Below the pieces are notes generated by a model that had not been told where the DNA came from, ran no database searches, and saw nothing but the letters and a program-made list of their open reading frames with translations. A DNA stretch of 64,000 nt from Actinomycetota bacterium (GTDB lineage: Bacteria > Actinomycetota > UBA4738 > HRBIN12): contig JBBECT010000004.1 in NCBI GenBank assembly GCA_040881665.1, positions 117,782 to 181,781 on the forward strand. The letters are read 5' to 3'. Below, piece by piece: positions 47,140-56,366 of the stretch (the stretch's first letter is position 1; every line of letters begins with the position of its first letter). A program made the position numbers and the translations under genes.

Positions 47140-47792
47140 GCGACGACCCGATCTCGCTCGTGATCGTCGACGACCACCGGGTCGTGCGCGAAGGCCTGCG
47201 CGCGATGCTGGACGGGATCGAGGAGGTGCGCATCGTCGGCGAGGCCGAGGACGGAGCGGGCGCATTCGCCGAGATCGAACGGGAGCAGCCCCAGGTCGTC
47301 CTTCTCGACCTCCGGCTCCAGAAGGAGAGCGGGCTCGACATCTGCCGTGCGATCGGAGAGCGGTTCCCCGACGTGCACGTCGTGTTCCTCACGGTCTACG
47401 AGGACGAGCAGTACGTGTTCGAAGCGCTCCGTGCCGGCGCCCGCGGCTACATGCTGAAGAAAGCGAGTCCGGAGGACCTCGTTCGGATCCTCGGCAGCGT
47501 CCAGGCGGGTGAGGTCGTGATCGATCCCTCCCTCGGCGGGCAGATCGCGCTCCGCGCCGCATCGATGCGCACGGGCGACTCGTGGCCTGGCGTGCACGAA
47601 GGACTCACCCGCCGAGAGGGCGACGTGCTCGAGCAGCTCGTGAAGGGGTTGAACAACCGCGAGATCGCCGGGGCACTGTTCATCAGCGAGGACACCGTGA
47701 AGACGCACGTGCGGGGGGTGCTTCGCAAGCTCGGGGTGAAAGACCGCGCGCAGGCGGTCAGCTACGCGCTCCGCAACGGCCTGGCTACCTGA
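47136..47792 (+). CDS. NarL/LuxR-family response regulator
   Basis: Receiver domain (LVIVDDH..., VVLLDLRL) plus a LuxR HTH. ATG at 47136 overlaps the kinase stop (ATGA). Confidence 0.9.
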   Translation: MSDDPISLVIVDDHRVVREGLRAMLDGIEEVRIVGEAEDGAGAFAEIEREQPQVVLLDLRLQKESGLDICRAIGERFPDVHVVFLTVYEDEQYVFEALRAGARGYMLKKASPEDLVRILGSVQAGEVVIDPSLGGQIALRAASMRTGDSWPGVHEGLTRREGDVLEQLVKGLNNREIAGALFISEDTVKTHVRGVLRKLGVKDRAQAVSYALRNGLAT

Positions 47793-47793
47793 C

Positions 47794-47809
47794 GAGCGGC
47801 CGGGCTCGC
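47794..47809. terminator. short GC hairpin (CGAGC-ggccgg-GCTCG) between the convergent response-regulator and helicase stops, possible bidirectional terminator
   Basis: 5-bp stem only, no U-tract, 18-nt gap between convergent stop codons. Confidence 0.2.
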
Positions 47810-47810
47810 G

Positions 47811-49016
47811 TCAGAACTTGCGGCGGGTCGGCTTGCGCAGGCCCGAACGGCGACCGCGGGTGCTGCCGGAGAACACGACACGCGGAGGAGCGACCTTCAT
47901 GCCTTCCTCCTCGAACTCGCTGTGGAGGTCGAGGCGTGCCGCGACACGGCTGACGTCGCCCTGCTGCTCCGGTGTCACAAGGGTGATGCCGCTGCCCGAA
48001 CGTCCCGCTCGCGCCGTGCGACCGACGCGGTGGACATAGCCCTTGTCGTCTTCGGGCGGGTCGAAGTTGATCACGTGTGAGATGTCGTCGAGGTCGAGAC
48101 CGCGAGCGGCGACGTCGGTCGCGATCAGGACGTCGATCTTGCCGGCCTCGAACTGCTGCAGCGTGCGTTCGCGCACCGGCTGGCTCAGATCGCCATGCAG
48201 TGCAGCGACCTTGAGCCCTTTCGCCTTGAGCTTGCCGACGAGCCGGTCGGCCCCGCGCTTGGTTCGGACGAACACGAGCGCGAGCTTGCGGTCGTCTCCG
48301 GACAAGACCTCGAGCAGCGCGTCGACCTTGTCGTGGGTGCCGACGGGGATGAAGCGGTGATCGGCGGCCTCGACCGTCTGCTTCGGCGCCTCGATCTCGT
48401 GCAGACGCGCGTCGCGTGTGTAGGCGCTCGCCATGCGCCCGACCGCACCGTCGAGCGTCGCGGAGAAGAACATCGTCTGACGCCTCTTCGGGAGCTGCCG
48501 AACGATCCGATCGACCTGCGGTTGGAACCCCATGTCGAGCATCCGGTCGGCCTCGTCGAGGACGAGGGTCGAGATGCTGTCCAGCTTGATGAACCTGCGC
48601 TCGGCGAGGTCGAGCAACCGGCCGGGGGTGGCGATCACGATCTGCGAGGAACCGGCGCGCTTGCCCTGGTCGTTCACGCGGGTTCCGCCGTAGGCCAGCG
48701 CGACCTGGAGTCCGCGCGCGCCGGCGATCCCCTCGAATTCCTCCGCGACCTGGACGGCCAGCTCACGGGTCGGGACGAGCACGAGCGCGGACGGCGTCGG
48801 CGAGTCGGGCGTCAACCGCTGCACGATCGGGATCGCGAACCCGAGCGTCTTGCCCGAGCCGGTCTGCGACTTCGCGAGCACGTCGTAGCCGGCCGTGGCG
48901 TCCGGAAGGACCTCGGCTTGGATCGGGAAGGGTGCGACGGCACCGCGCTGGGCGAGGGCCTCGATCACGGCGTCGTCCACGTCGAATTCGCGGAACGAAG
49001 GTGTGGTGGTGGTCAT
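47811..49016 (-). CDS. DEAD-box ATP-dependent RNA helicase
   Basis: Q motif, Walker A SQTGSGKT, DEAD box (VLDEADRM), SAT and HRVGRTAR motifs. ATG verified at 49014-49016 with an AGGAGAA ribosome-binding site. Confidence 0.9.
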   Translation of the reverse strand: MTTTTPSFREFDVDDAVIEALAQRGAVAPFPIQAEVLPDATAGYDVLAKSQTGSGKTLGFAIPIVQRLTPDSPTPSALVLVPTRELAVQVAEEFEGIAGARGLQVALAYGGTRVNDQGKRAGSSQIVIATPGRLLDLAERRFIKLDSISTLVLDEADRMLDMGFQPQVDRIVRQLPKRRQTMFFSATLDGAVGRMASAYTRDARLHEIEAPKQTVEAADHRFIPVGTHDKVDALLEVLSGDDRKLALVFVRTKRGADRLVGKLKAKGLKVAALHGDLSQPVRERTLQQFEAGKIDVLIATDVAARGLDLDDISHVINFDPPEDDKGYVHRVGRTARAGRSGSGITLVTPEQQGDVSRVAARLDLHSEFEEEGMKVAPPRVVFSGSTRGRRSGLRKPTRRKF

Positions 49017-49179
49017 CCGGTTCTCCTGCTCTGGGGGCTGCGTGGCCGCGATCATCGACGTCACGGCGGGTCCGAAGTCCGACCCTTCGCGCACAGGAGC
49101 ACCGGAGAGGCGAACTTCACAGGAACGGCGCTCGCCGGTCCTTGTCAACGAGTCTACCAGGCACGACGGAGCGGCCGGG

Positions 49180-49185
49180 TAGGCT
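49180..49185 (+). promoter_or_regulatory. candidate -10 element TAGGCT (context GGGTAGGCTGGG) 7 nt upstream of the adenine deaminase ATG, implying a leaderless transcript
   Basis: Fits the actinobacterial -10 consensus TAnnnT. The same GGTAGGCTG core recurs at 54484, 58956 and (as TATAGGCT) 41616, each time upstream of a + strand gene. Confidence 0.3.
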
Positions 49186-49192
49186 GGGAGAG

Positions 49193-50959
49193 ATGCTCCC
49201 GGGACCGACGCACGAGCCGGGCACCCGCCGTGCTCGCACCGAAGAGCTGTCGCGACGGCTCGCGGTGGCGCGGGGCGAGGAGGCCGCGGACCTGGTCCTG
49301 ACCGGAGGCCGCGTCTTCTCCGTCTTCACGAACGAGTTCCTCGAGGTCGACGTCGCGATCTCGGGAGGACACGTCGCGGGCCTCGGGCGGTACGAGGGAA
49401 CCGAAACCGTGGATGTCGAGGGCGGGATCCTCGTGCCCGGTTTCATCGACGGACACCTGCACGTCGAGTCCACCAAGCTCGTGCCGGATCAGTTCGCGCG
49501 CGCCGTCCTGCCCCACGGGACGACGACAGCGGTCATCGATCCGCACGAGATCGCGAACGTCCTCGGCCTGGCCGGGGTCCGGGAACTCCTCCGGCGGATC
49601 GATGACGTACCGATCGACGTCTTCGTGATGGTCTCCAGCTGCGTGCCGGCGAGCCGATTCGAGTCCAGTGGGGCAACCGTCACCCCCGAGGAGATCGCCG
49701 CCTTCCTCCGTGAGGAGCCGCGAGCGCTCGGTGTTGCCGAGATGATGGACTTCCCCGGGGTGGCTCGGGGCGACCCGGTCGCCCTCGCGAAGATCGAGGC
49801 GGCCTACGACGCAGGAGACCGGCACATCGACGGTCACGCGCCGGGGCTGTCGGGCCCCGCCCTGAACGCCTACGTGGCGGCGGGCCCGGCGAGCGACCAC
49901 GAGTGCACGACGCAGGAGGAGGCGCTCGAGAAGCGTCGTCTCGGGATGTGGATCATGCTCCGAGAGGGATCCGCTGCCCGCAACCTCGAGGCGCTCCTGC
50001 CGCTCGTCCGCGATCACGGCCCTCGGAACTGCCTGCTGTGCACCGATGATCGAGAACCCAACGACCTCCGCGACGAGGGACACATGGACGCGGTGCTGCG
50101 ACGAGCCGTCGCCCTCGGCTGCCCCGCGGAGGACGCCCTCGTGATGGCCACGCTGCACGCCGCCCGGTACCACCGCCTGCATCGCTACGGTGCGATCGCT
50201 CCGGGCTCGCTCGCCGACATCGTGTTGCTCGATGACCTCCAGCGGTTCGCGCCCGCGCGTGTCTGGAAGCGCGGCCTGCTGGTCGCGGAGGACGGACGGG
50301 CGCTCGAGATCGGGTCACCTCCCCCGATGCCGGACTGGATGCGAGGTACCGTGCACGTGCCTGAGCTCACGACCGAGGACTTCGCGGTTCCCGCCGCGGA
50401 TCGCGTTCGCGTGATCGGCGTCCGCCCGGGTCAGATCGTGACGGATGCGCTCGAGGACGACGCGCTGGTACGCGGCGGGCGCAGCGTCGCCGACCCGGAT
50501 CGCGATCTCGCCAAGCTCGCGGTCGTCGAACGGCACGCGAAGACGGGGAGGATCGGTGTCGGGTTCGCACGGGGGTTCGGGATCCGGCGCGGCGCGCTCG
50601 CCTCGACGCACGCACACGACGCGCACAACATCGTGGCGCTCGGCGTCGACGACGAGGACATGGCCGTGGCCGTCCGACGGCTCGCGGAGATCGGTGGAGG
50701 ACAGGTCGCCGTCGCGCACGGCGACGTGCTCGCGGAACTCCCGTGCCCGATCGGCGGCTTGCTCACGGAGCTGGTCTTCGAGGAGGTTGCCGACCGGTTC
50801 GACCTGCTCGAGTCCTCGGCGCGCGAGCTGGGCGTCACGCTGCGAGCCCCGTTCATGGCGATGTCGTTCCTCGCGCTGTCGGTGATCGGTGATCTGAAGC
50901 TGACCGATCACGGCCTGCTCGACACGGTTCGGTTCGAACTCGTTCCGGTCGTGCTCTGA
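49193..50959 (+). CDS. adenine deaminase (amidohydrolase superfamily)
   Basis: VPGFIDGHLHVES metal-binding motif and the overall Ade architecture. ATG at 49193 lies only about 7 nt downstream of a TAGGCT hexamer. Confidence 0.85.
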   Translation: MLPGPTHEPGTRRARTEELSRRLAVARGEEAADLVLTGGRVFSVFTNEFLEVDVAISGGHVAGLGRYEGTETVDVEGGILVPGFIDGHLHVESTKLVPDQFARAVLPHGTTTAVIDPHEIANVLGLAGVRELLRRIDDVPIDVFVMVSSCVPASRFESSGATVTPEEIAAFLREEPRALGVAEMMDFPGVARGDPVALAKIEAAYDAGDRHIDGHAPGLSGPALNAYVAAGPASDHECTTQEEALEKRRLGMWIMLREGSAARNLEALLPLVRDHGPRNCLLCTDDREPNDLRDEGHMDAVLRRAVALGCPAEDALVMATLHAARYHRLHRYGAIAPGSLADIVLLDDLQRFAPARVWKRGLLVAEDGRALEIGSPPPMPDWMRGTVHVPELTTEDFAVPAADRVRVIGVRPGQIVTDALEDDALVRGGRSVADPDRDLAKLAVVERHAKTGRIGVGFARGFGIRRGALASTHAHDAHNIVALGVDDEDMAVAVRRLAEIGGGQVAVAHGDVLAELPCPIGGLLTELVFEEVADRFDLLESSARELGVTLRAPFMAMSFLALSVIGDLKLTDHGLLDTVRFELVPVVL

Positions 50960-50972
50960 CGCCGCCCGATCC

Positions 50973-52145
50973 TCAGTCTCGACGCAGACCGTGGCGTTCG
51001 GGCCCCGCATGCTCCACATCGGGATGAGCCTCGAGCCATGTGCGCAGCGACGCCCGCCACAGCGCCCGCTCGTGGAACTCCCCCGCTCGCCGAAGGCCTC
51101 CGACACCACCCCGCTGGAACAACGTGCGCAGCAGAGGAGCGAGCTGATCTCCGTAGAGCTGCATGCAGTCCTGCGGATGGACACCCGGCCAGGAGTAGCA
51201 GGACACGACCCAGCGACGGATCGCGTGCGGGATCTCGTCGGGCACCTCCTCCCACGCGGGATCGTCGGGAGCGAGCTTCCAACCGTCGAGATCTCCTTGG
51301 GGGATGCCCTCGATGCTCCGCACGGTCGGCGGATCGGCCTCGATCAGGTACGGATCGACGTTGCAGTCGCACACGACGGCGTGCTCGGGAAGCCACGCGA
51401 GCTGGTCGTTCGTGATGACGGGAAGGCTCGGATCGGAGCGCTGCGTGGTATCGACGAGGACGTCGGTCGCCGCCAGCCGGTTGCGCAGATAGTCCGCGTC
51501 GGCGGTCATGTTCCGCCCGAGCGTCACGACCTCCACTCCGCGCAGCCCTGCCAGTCGCTCCGCCCTGGTCGGGTCACCGTACTTCGTCGCCGCCTCGACG
51601 GCGTGCTTGCCGATCGCGCCGGCGCCGAGCACCGTGACGCGGACGGGGCCGCGCTCCGGGTCGCGGAGCCGCGGCCAATGGTCCTCCAACACCTCGAACG
51701 CGGCTTCGAGTCCGTTCCAGGCCACGGCGCGGCTGTTCACGACCAGGCGACGGCCCCGATCGTCGGCGATCGAATCGATCGAGATCGCTTCGAGCCCGAG
51801 TCGCTCGAGCCGTGCGACGCGGCGTGGCCGGGTCGGGTAGTGCAGCATCGAGATCAGTGTGGCACCGGGCTTCAACAGGTCGTACCGATCGTCGGGTGAT
51901 CGCAGCACGAGCACGACGTCCTGTGCGGCCGCCTCCTCGTTCGACCCGGGGCGTACGCCCGGTCCGACGGCCATGTAATCGGCATCGGTCAGCCCCATCC
52001 CCGAACCGATCCCCGTCTCGACGACGATCTCGACCCCGAGATCGGAGACCGCCTCGACGAGATCCGGGAGGAAGTCGCGGAGCTCGCCACGCTCCTTGTG
52101 CATGCGGGGCAGACCGAGCGAACGGGCGCGTCCTGCCTCGCTCAT
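50973..52145 (-). CDS. AlaDH/PNT-family NAD(P)-dependent dehydrogenase (saccharopine/opine dehydrogenase- or carboxyethylornithine synthase-like), 390 aa
   Basis: Rossmann VLGAGAIGKHAV around residue 172 and a conserved N-terminal LGLPRMHKERGE block. ATG verified at 52143-52145. The track ORF 5' extension to 53033 is Arg-rich artefact. Confidence 0.7.
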   Translation of the reverse strand: MSEAGRARSLGLPRMHKERGELRDFLPDLVEAVSDLGVEIVVETGIGSGMGLTDADYMAVGPGVRPGSNEEAAAQDVVLVLRSPDDRYDLLKPGATLISMLHYPTRPRRVARLERLGLEAISIDSIADDRGRRLVVNSRAVAWNGLEAAFEVLEDHWPRLRDPERGPVRVTVLGAGAIGKHAVEAATKYGDPTRAERLAGLRGVEVVTLGRNMTADADYLRNRLAATDVLVDTTQRSDPSLPVITNDQLAWLPEHAVVCDCNVDPYLIEADPPTVRSIEGIPQGDLDGWKLAPDDPAWEEVPDEIPHAIRRWVVSCYSWPGVHPQDCMQLYGDQLAPLLRTLFQRGGVGGLRRAGEFHERALWRASLRTWLEAHPDVEHAGPERHGLRRD

Positions 52146-53305
52146 CCGTGACGCTCCAGCCATCCATGCAGTTCCGCCCGCGCGACGGCCCGCTCCCAGA
52201 AGCTCACACCGTCCTCGCTCCACTGGTCCACCGGCCGATGCAGGATGAAGCGGAGGACCGGCTCGAGCTGCTCGCCGTACACGTCCATGCACCGGCGCGG
52301 CGACAGGCCCGGCCAGGCGGAGCACGAGAGAGTCCGGCGCCGGTTCGTCCGGTCGATCCGCGGGTCGAGGTCGTCGAACGCGGGGTCGTCGGGTTCGAAT
52401 ACCCACCGATCGAGATCTCCGTGCGGGATCCCCTCGATCCCCTTGATCAGCGGTGGATCGTGGGCCAGGTCGTATGGATCCACGGAGAGATCCAGCACGA
52501 GCGCATCCGCCGGCAACCGTGCGAGCCACCGGTTCGGTATCACGGCGCGCGTCGGATCGGGCCGCTGGGTCGCATCGACGAGCAGGTCGGTCTTCGCGAG
52601 CCGGTCGAGCATGTACTGCTCGTGCGAGGTGAGGTCGTAGTCGACGACGGTCACCTCGACGCCGGGAACCCCGCCGGCCGCCAGCCGGTCGCGCACCCCG
52701 GTATCGCCGTACCGCGTCGCGGCGTGGATCGCGTGGCTCGCCACGTGGCCCGACCCGAGCACGGTCACGCGAACGGAACCCCGCGCCGGATCGTCGAACC
52801 CTTCCTGCCGGCGCTCGAGCTGCTCGAAGGCGGCGCGCACGCCGTTCCATCCCACGGATTCGAGGTTCTCGATCAACCGCCTCCCCAGATCGTCGGCGAT
52901 CGAGTCGAGCGAGACCGCTCCGAGCCCCTGGGCGGCGATCATCGCTGTGCGGTTGGGGCGCGTCGGGTAGTGGAGCATCGACACGAGCAGGGCACCCGGA
53001 CGCATCCTCCCGATCGCCTCGTCGTCGGGGCACCGGATAACGACGACCACGTCCTGTCGCAACGCGTCCTCGTACGAGGAGAACCGGACCTCCGGGGCGA
53101 ACGCCCGATAATCCTCCTCGGACGCGTCGATCCCCGATCCGTACCCCTCTTCGAGCACGATGTCCGAGCAGGAGGGCTCCGCCGCGAGCGATGCGACGAG
53201 ATCGGGGAGGAAGTCGCGGCGCTCGCCGGCCTCCTTGTGCATCCGAGGGAACCCCAGCGTCAACCGCCGATCCGGAGGTGCAGGAGGTATCGCTCTTCCG
53301 ATCAC
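52142..53305 (-). CDS. AlaDH/PNT-family NAD(P)-dependent dehydrogenase, tandem paralog of the downstream gene
   Basis: Collinear similarity to the gene at 50973-52145 throughout (PRMHKEAGERRDFLPDLV..., VLGSGHVASHAI). Its stop overlaps the downstream start by 4 nt. Track start at 53305; the codon was not verified. Confidence 0.7.
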   Translation of the reverse strand: MIGRAIPPAPPDRRLTLGFPRMHKEAGERRDFLPDLVASLAAEPSCSDIVLEEGYGSGIDASEEDYRAFAPEVRFSSYEDALRQDVVVVIRCPDDEAIGRMRPGALLVSMLHYPTRPNRTAMIAAQGLGAVSLDSIADDLGRRLIENLESVGWNGVRAAFEQLERRQEGFDDPARGSVRVTVLGSGHVASHAIHAATRYGDTGVRDRLAAGGVPGVEVTVVDYDLTSHEQYMLDRLAKTDLLVDATQRPDPTRAVIPNRWLARLPADALVLDLSVDPYDLAHDPPLIKGIEGIPHGDLDRWVFEPDDPAFDDLDPRIDRTNRRRTLSCSAWPGLSPRRCMDVYGEQLEPVLRFILHRPVDQWSEDGVSFWERAVARAELHGWLERHG

Positions 53306-53371
53306 GCCCGGGACGCTAGCGCGAGCGGCGCCATGCGACCAGCGTCACCGTCGCCCGATCGCGGGACCGGT

Positions 53372-54355
53372 TCAGAGGTCGAGCGCGCCGCGCAGGGAGC
53401 CGCTGAGGTGGGCCACGATCAGCAACTGGGTAAGCGCCAGCGCCTCGCTCCTGCGCCGGTCGCCGCTCGGATGCTCGTAGCGCCCGATGTTCGTCCGGTG
53501 CAGCCCCGGTCTGCCCAGTCGCGTCCAGATCGCCTGTTCGATCGCGGCGCCGGCCACGGCGGGGCAGTCCCCGTCGATCTCGACGACCTGCACCGGCGTG
53601 CCGAGCGAGCGGTCGCGGGCCAGTCGCACCGGTTCTCGCCGACCCCCACCCGGGATCCCCCGCACGACGTTCGCGAGCTCGGAGCTCAGCAGCGAGGGAC
53701 GCAACGCGATCCGCGCACCGAGGTTCGCGTACGCGTCGGGGTTCGTGCGCCGGAGGAACGAGACGACGACGTCGGCGTGCTCTGCCTGTGGACGGACATA
53801 CAGGGCCGAGTCTCGTTCCCGCCGGCGGAGGTCGGCGACGACCTGGGCGATCTCGTACCCGCGCTCCTCGCAGTCGCGGGCGATCTTCCATCGGTGTCGC
53901 AGCTCCTCCTCGGGCTCGAGGTAGACGGACACATCGAAGCAGTCGCGGAGGCCCCGCGTTCCGAGCGCGAGCAGTCCCTCGACGATCACGACCTCCTTCG
54001 GCTCAACCATGACGGGGTCGGTGTGTCTGCCGGTCGCGTGGTCGTACACGGGCTTGTCCACCGCATCGCCTCGGGCGAGCGCGCGGAGGTGGCGCTCGAT
54101 CGCCGGCAGATCGTTCGCCTCGGGATGCAGCGGCGTGATGCCGAGGCGCTCGCGTTCCGACCGGTCATGCCGGTGGTAGTCGTCGACACAGATCCGCGTC
54201 ACCCGGTGTTCGCCCAGGAGCGCCCGGATCCCCTCGGCGAGCGTCGTCTTGCCAGATGCGCTGTCGCCGGCGACCGCGAGCATCACCGGTCGCGGCCCGG
54301 CGTGGGCGGCCCCGGCCACCCGGAGATCGATCACGCGCTCTGCGGTTTGCACCAT
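53372..54355 (-). CDS. phosphoribulokinase/uridine kinase-family protein
   Basis: Walker A GDSASGKTT and PRK-like body. Start region ATG 54353-54355 or GTG 54350-54352, with AGGAG just upstream. Confidence 0.7.
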   Translation of the reverse strand: MVQTAERVIDLRVAGAAHAGPRPVMLAVAGDSASGKTTLAEGIRALLGEHRVTRICVDDYHRHDRSERERLGITPLHPEANDLPAIERHLRALARGDAVDKPVYDHATGRHTDPVMVEPKEVVIVEGLLALGTRGLRDCFDVSVYLEPEEELRHRWKIARDCEERGYEIAQVVADLRRRERDSALYVRPQAEHADVVVSFLRRTNPDAYANLGARIALRPSLLSSELANVVRGIPGGGRREPVRLARDRSLGTPVQVVEIDGDCPAVAGAAIEQAIWTRLGRPGLHRTNIGRYEHPSGDRRRSEALALTQLLIVAHLSGSLRGALDL

Positions 54356-54483
54356 GCTCCTGATGGTAAGAAGCGGCAGGTCAGACCCACAGCCCCCTGG
54401 GGGTGGAGCCGGGGGTGAACCCGCCCTCACCCGCCGGGGTGAGCCGCTCCGGTTCCGCGGCCCTCGCGCGCACGACGCGGCGG

Positions 54484-54489
54484 TAGGCT
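54484..54489 (+). promoter_or_regulatory. candidate -10 element TAGGCT (CGGTAGGCTGG) 44 nt upstream of the transketolase ATG
   Basis: Recurring motif. A leader with a GGAGGGG ribosome-binding site follows. Confidence 0.3.
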
Positions 54490-54533
54490 GGCGGCCCCGC
54501 GGCAACGCGGCCGGAAGGCGGAGGGGTGAGGGC

Positions 54534-56366
54534 ATGGAGAAGGTCCAGGAGTGGAACGAGCTGGCGGCCCAGCTCGCGATCGACAGCATCCGGTGCTCGA
54601 CGGCCGCCGGATCGGGCCACCCGACCTCGTCGATGTCCGCCGCGCACCTGCTCGCCGTCCTGTATTCCGACCACCTGCGCTACGACGTCGCCGAGCCGCG
54701 ACACCCGGGAGGCGACCGATTCGTGCTCTCCAAGGGGCACGCCTCGCCACTGATGTTCTCCACGCTGAAGGCGATCGGCGCGATCACCGACGAACAGCTG
54801 CTGACGTTCCGGACCTTCGGCAGCCCGGTCGAGGGGCATCCGGTGCCGCTTCCCGACATGCCGTGGATCGACGTGGCGACGGGCTCCCTCGGACAGGGCC
54901 TGCCGATCGGTCTGGGTATGGCGCTCGGTCTGCGGATCCTCGAACGTCCCGGCCGAGTGTGGGTCTTGATGGGGGACTCGGAGGTCACCGAGGGTTCAGT
55001 CTGGGAAGCGATGGAGAACGCGAGCTACCACGGCCTCGACAACCTGATCGGGATCCTCGACATGAATCGGCTCGGACAGCGCGGTCCGACGATGCTCCAG
55101 TGGGACGGCGAGGCCTACGCCCGGCGCGCCGAGGCCTTCGGCTGGCACGCGCGGGTGATCGACGGGCACGACGTCGCCGCGATCACCGACGCCTACCGGG
55201 AGGCCGAGGAGACGGTGGGTCCGAGTCTGATCGTGGCGAAGACCGAGAAGGGACACGGTGTCTCGTTCCTCGCGAACAAGGAAGGCTGGCACGGGAAGGT
55301 GCTGAGCGCCGAGCAGGCCACGCAGGCGATCGAGGAGCTGGGTGGCGAGCGGGCGATCGCGATCACCCCCGCGAAGCCCGAGCAGATCGACTCCCCCGAG
55401 CCGGCGCGCCGCACCCTCGAACTGCCCGTGTTCGACGATGCGATCGCGACCCGGAGGGCGTTCGGCGACACCCTCGCCGCGCTCGCGTCGGCACGCGGAG
55501 ACGTGGTCGCGCTCGACGCGGAGGTCGGCAACTCCACGTACACCGAGGAGGTCGAACAGGCCGAACCCGCCCGGTTCGCACAGATGTTCATCGCGGAGCA
55601 GGCGATGCTCGGGGCGTCGGTGGGACTCCAAGCGGTCGGACTCACTCCGTTCGCCGCGACCTTCGGGGCGTTCCTCTCGCGTGCGTACGATTTCGCGCGC
55701 ATGGCGGCGATCAGCCGCGCGCACATCCGGTTGTGCGGCTCGCACGCCGGGGTGTCGATCGGCGAGGACGGTCCGTCTCAGATGGCTCTGGAGGACCTGG
55801 CCTCGTTCCGCGCGATCAACGGGTCGACGGTGATCTACCCGGCGGACGGAACCTCCACCGCCGCACTCGTCGCGACGATGGCCGACTGGGACGGCGTGGC
55901 GTTCATGCGGACGACCCGGGAGGCGACGCCGAAGCTGTACGCCGACGGTGAGGCGTTCCCGATCGGCGGCAGCAAGGTGCACGACGCGTCCGCCGACGAC
56001 CACGCGACGATCGTCGGCGCCGGGATCACCCTCGTCGAAGGCCTGGCGGCCGCCGAGTTGCTCCGGGCCGAAGGAACGCCCGTGCGCGTTATCGATGTCT
56101 ACTCGGTCAAGCCGATCGACGGCGCCACCCTTCGGCAGGCGATGGAGGAGACCGGCCTGCTCGTCGTCGTCGAGGACCACCGGACCGAGGGCGGGATCGG
56201 TGAGGCGGTGCTGGAGGCACTGGCCGAAGACGGGCGCGCGCTGTCGGGGAAGGTCGTGAAGCTCGCCGTGACGAAGATGCCGATGTCCGGATCGCCCACC
56301 GAGCTCCGCGACTGGGCGGGGATAAGCGCGTCGAAGATCGCAGACGCGGTGCGGGCGAAGCTCTAG
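54534..56366 (+). CDS. tkt: transketolase (single-chain; TPP-binding N-terminal, pyrimidine-binding middle and C-terminal domains), 610 aa
   Basis: TPP-binding region GDRFVLSKGHASP...GSLGQGL...LMGDSEVTEGSVWEA and a C-terminal transketolase domain. GGAGGGG ribosome-binding site 7 nt before ATG 54534. Confidence 0.8.
   Translation: MEKVQEWNELAAQLAIDSIRCSTAAGSGHPTSSMSAAHLLAVLYSDHLRYDVAEPRHPGGDRFVLSKGHASPLMFSTLKAIGAITDEQLLTFRTFGSPVEGHPVPLPDMPWIDVATGSLGQGLPIGLGMALGLRILERPGRVWVLMGDSEVTEGSVWEAMENASYHGLDNLIGILDMNRLGQRGPTMLQWDGEAYARRAEAFGWHARVIDGHDVAAITDAYREAEETVGPSLIVAKTEKGHGVSFLANKEGWHGKVLSAEQATQAIEELGGERAIAITPAKPEQIDSPEPARRTLELPVFDDAIATRRAFGDTLAALASARGDVVALDAEVGNSTYTEEVEQAEPARFAQMFIAEQAMLGASVGLQAVGLTPFAATFGAFLSRAYDFARMAAISRAHIRLCGSHAGVSIGEDGPSQMALEDLASFRAINGSTVIYPADGTSTAALVATMADWDGVAFMRTTREATPKLYADGEAFPIGGSKVHDASADDHATIVGAGITLVEGLAAAELLRAEGTPVRVIDVYSVKPIDGATLRQAMEETGLLVVVEDHRTEGGIGEAVLEALAEDGRALSGKVVKLAVTKMPMSGSPTELRDWAGISASKIADAVRAKL

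Noticed and set aside
53372-56366. PRK-like kinase plus transketolase interpreted as a Calvin-Benson cycle module
   Set aside because: No RuBisCO or other Calvin-cycle genes nearby. The PRK family also includes uridine and pantothenate-type kinases, and the transketolase is of the short single-chain type.
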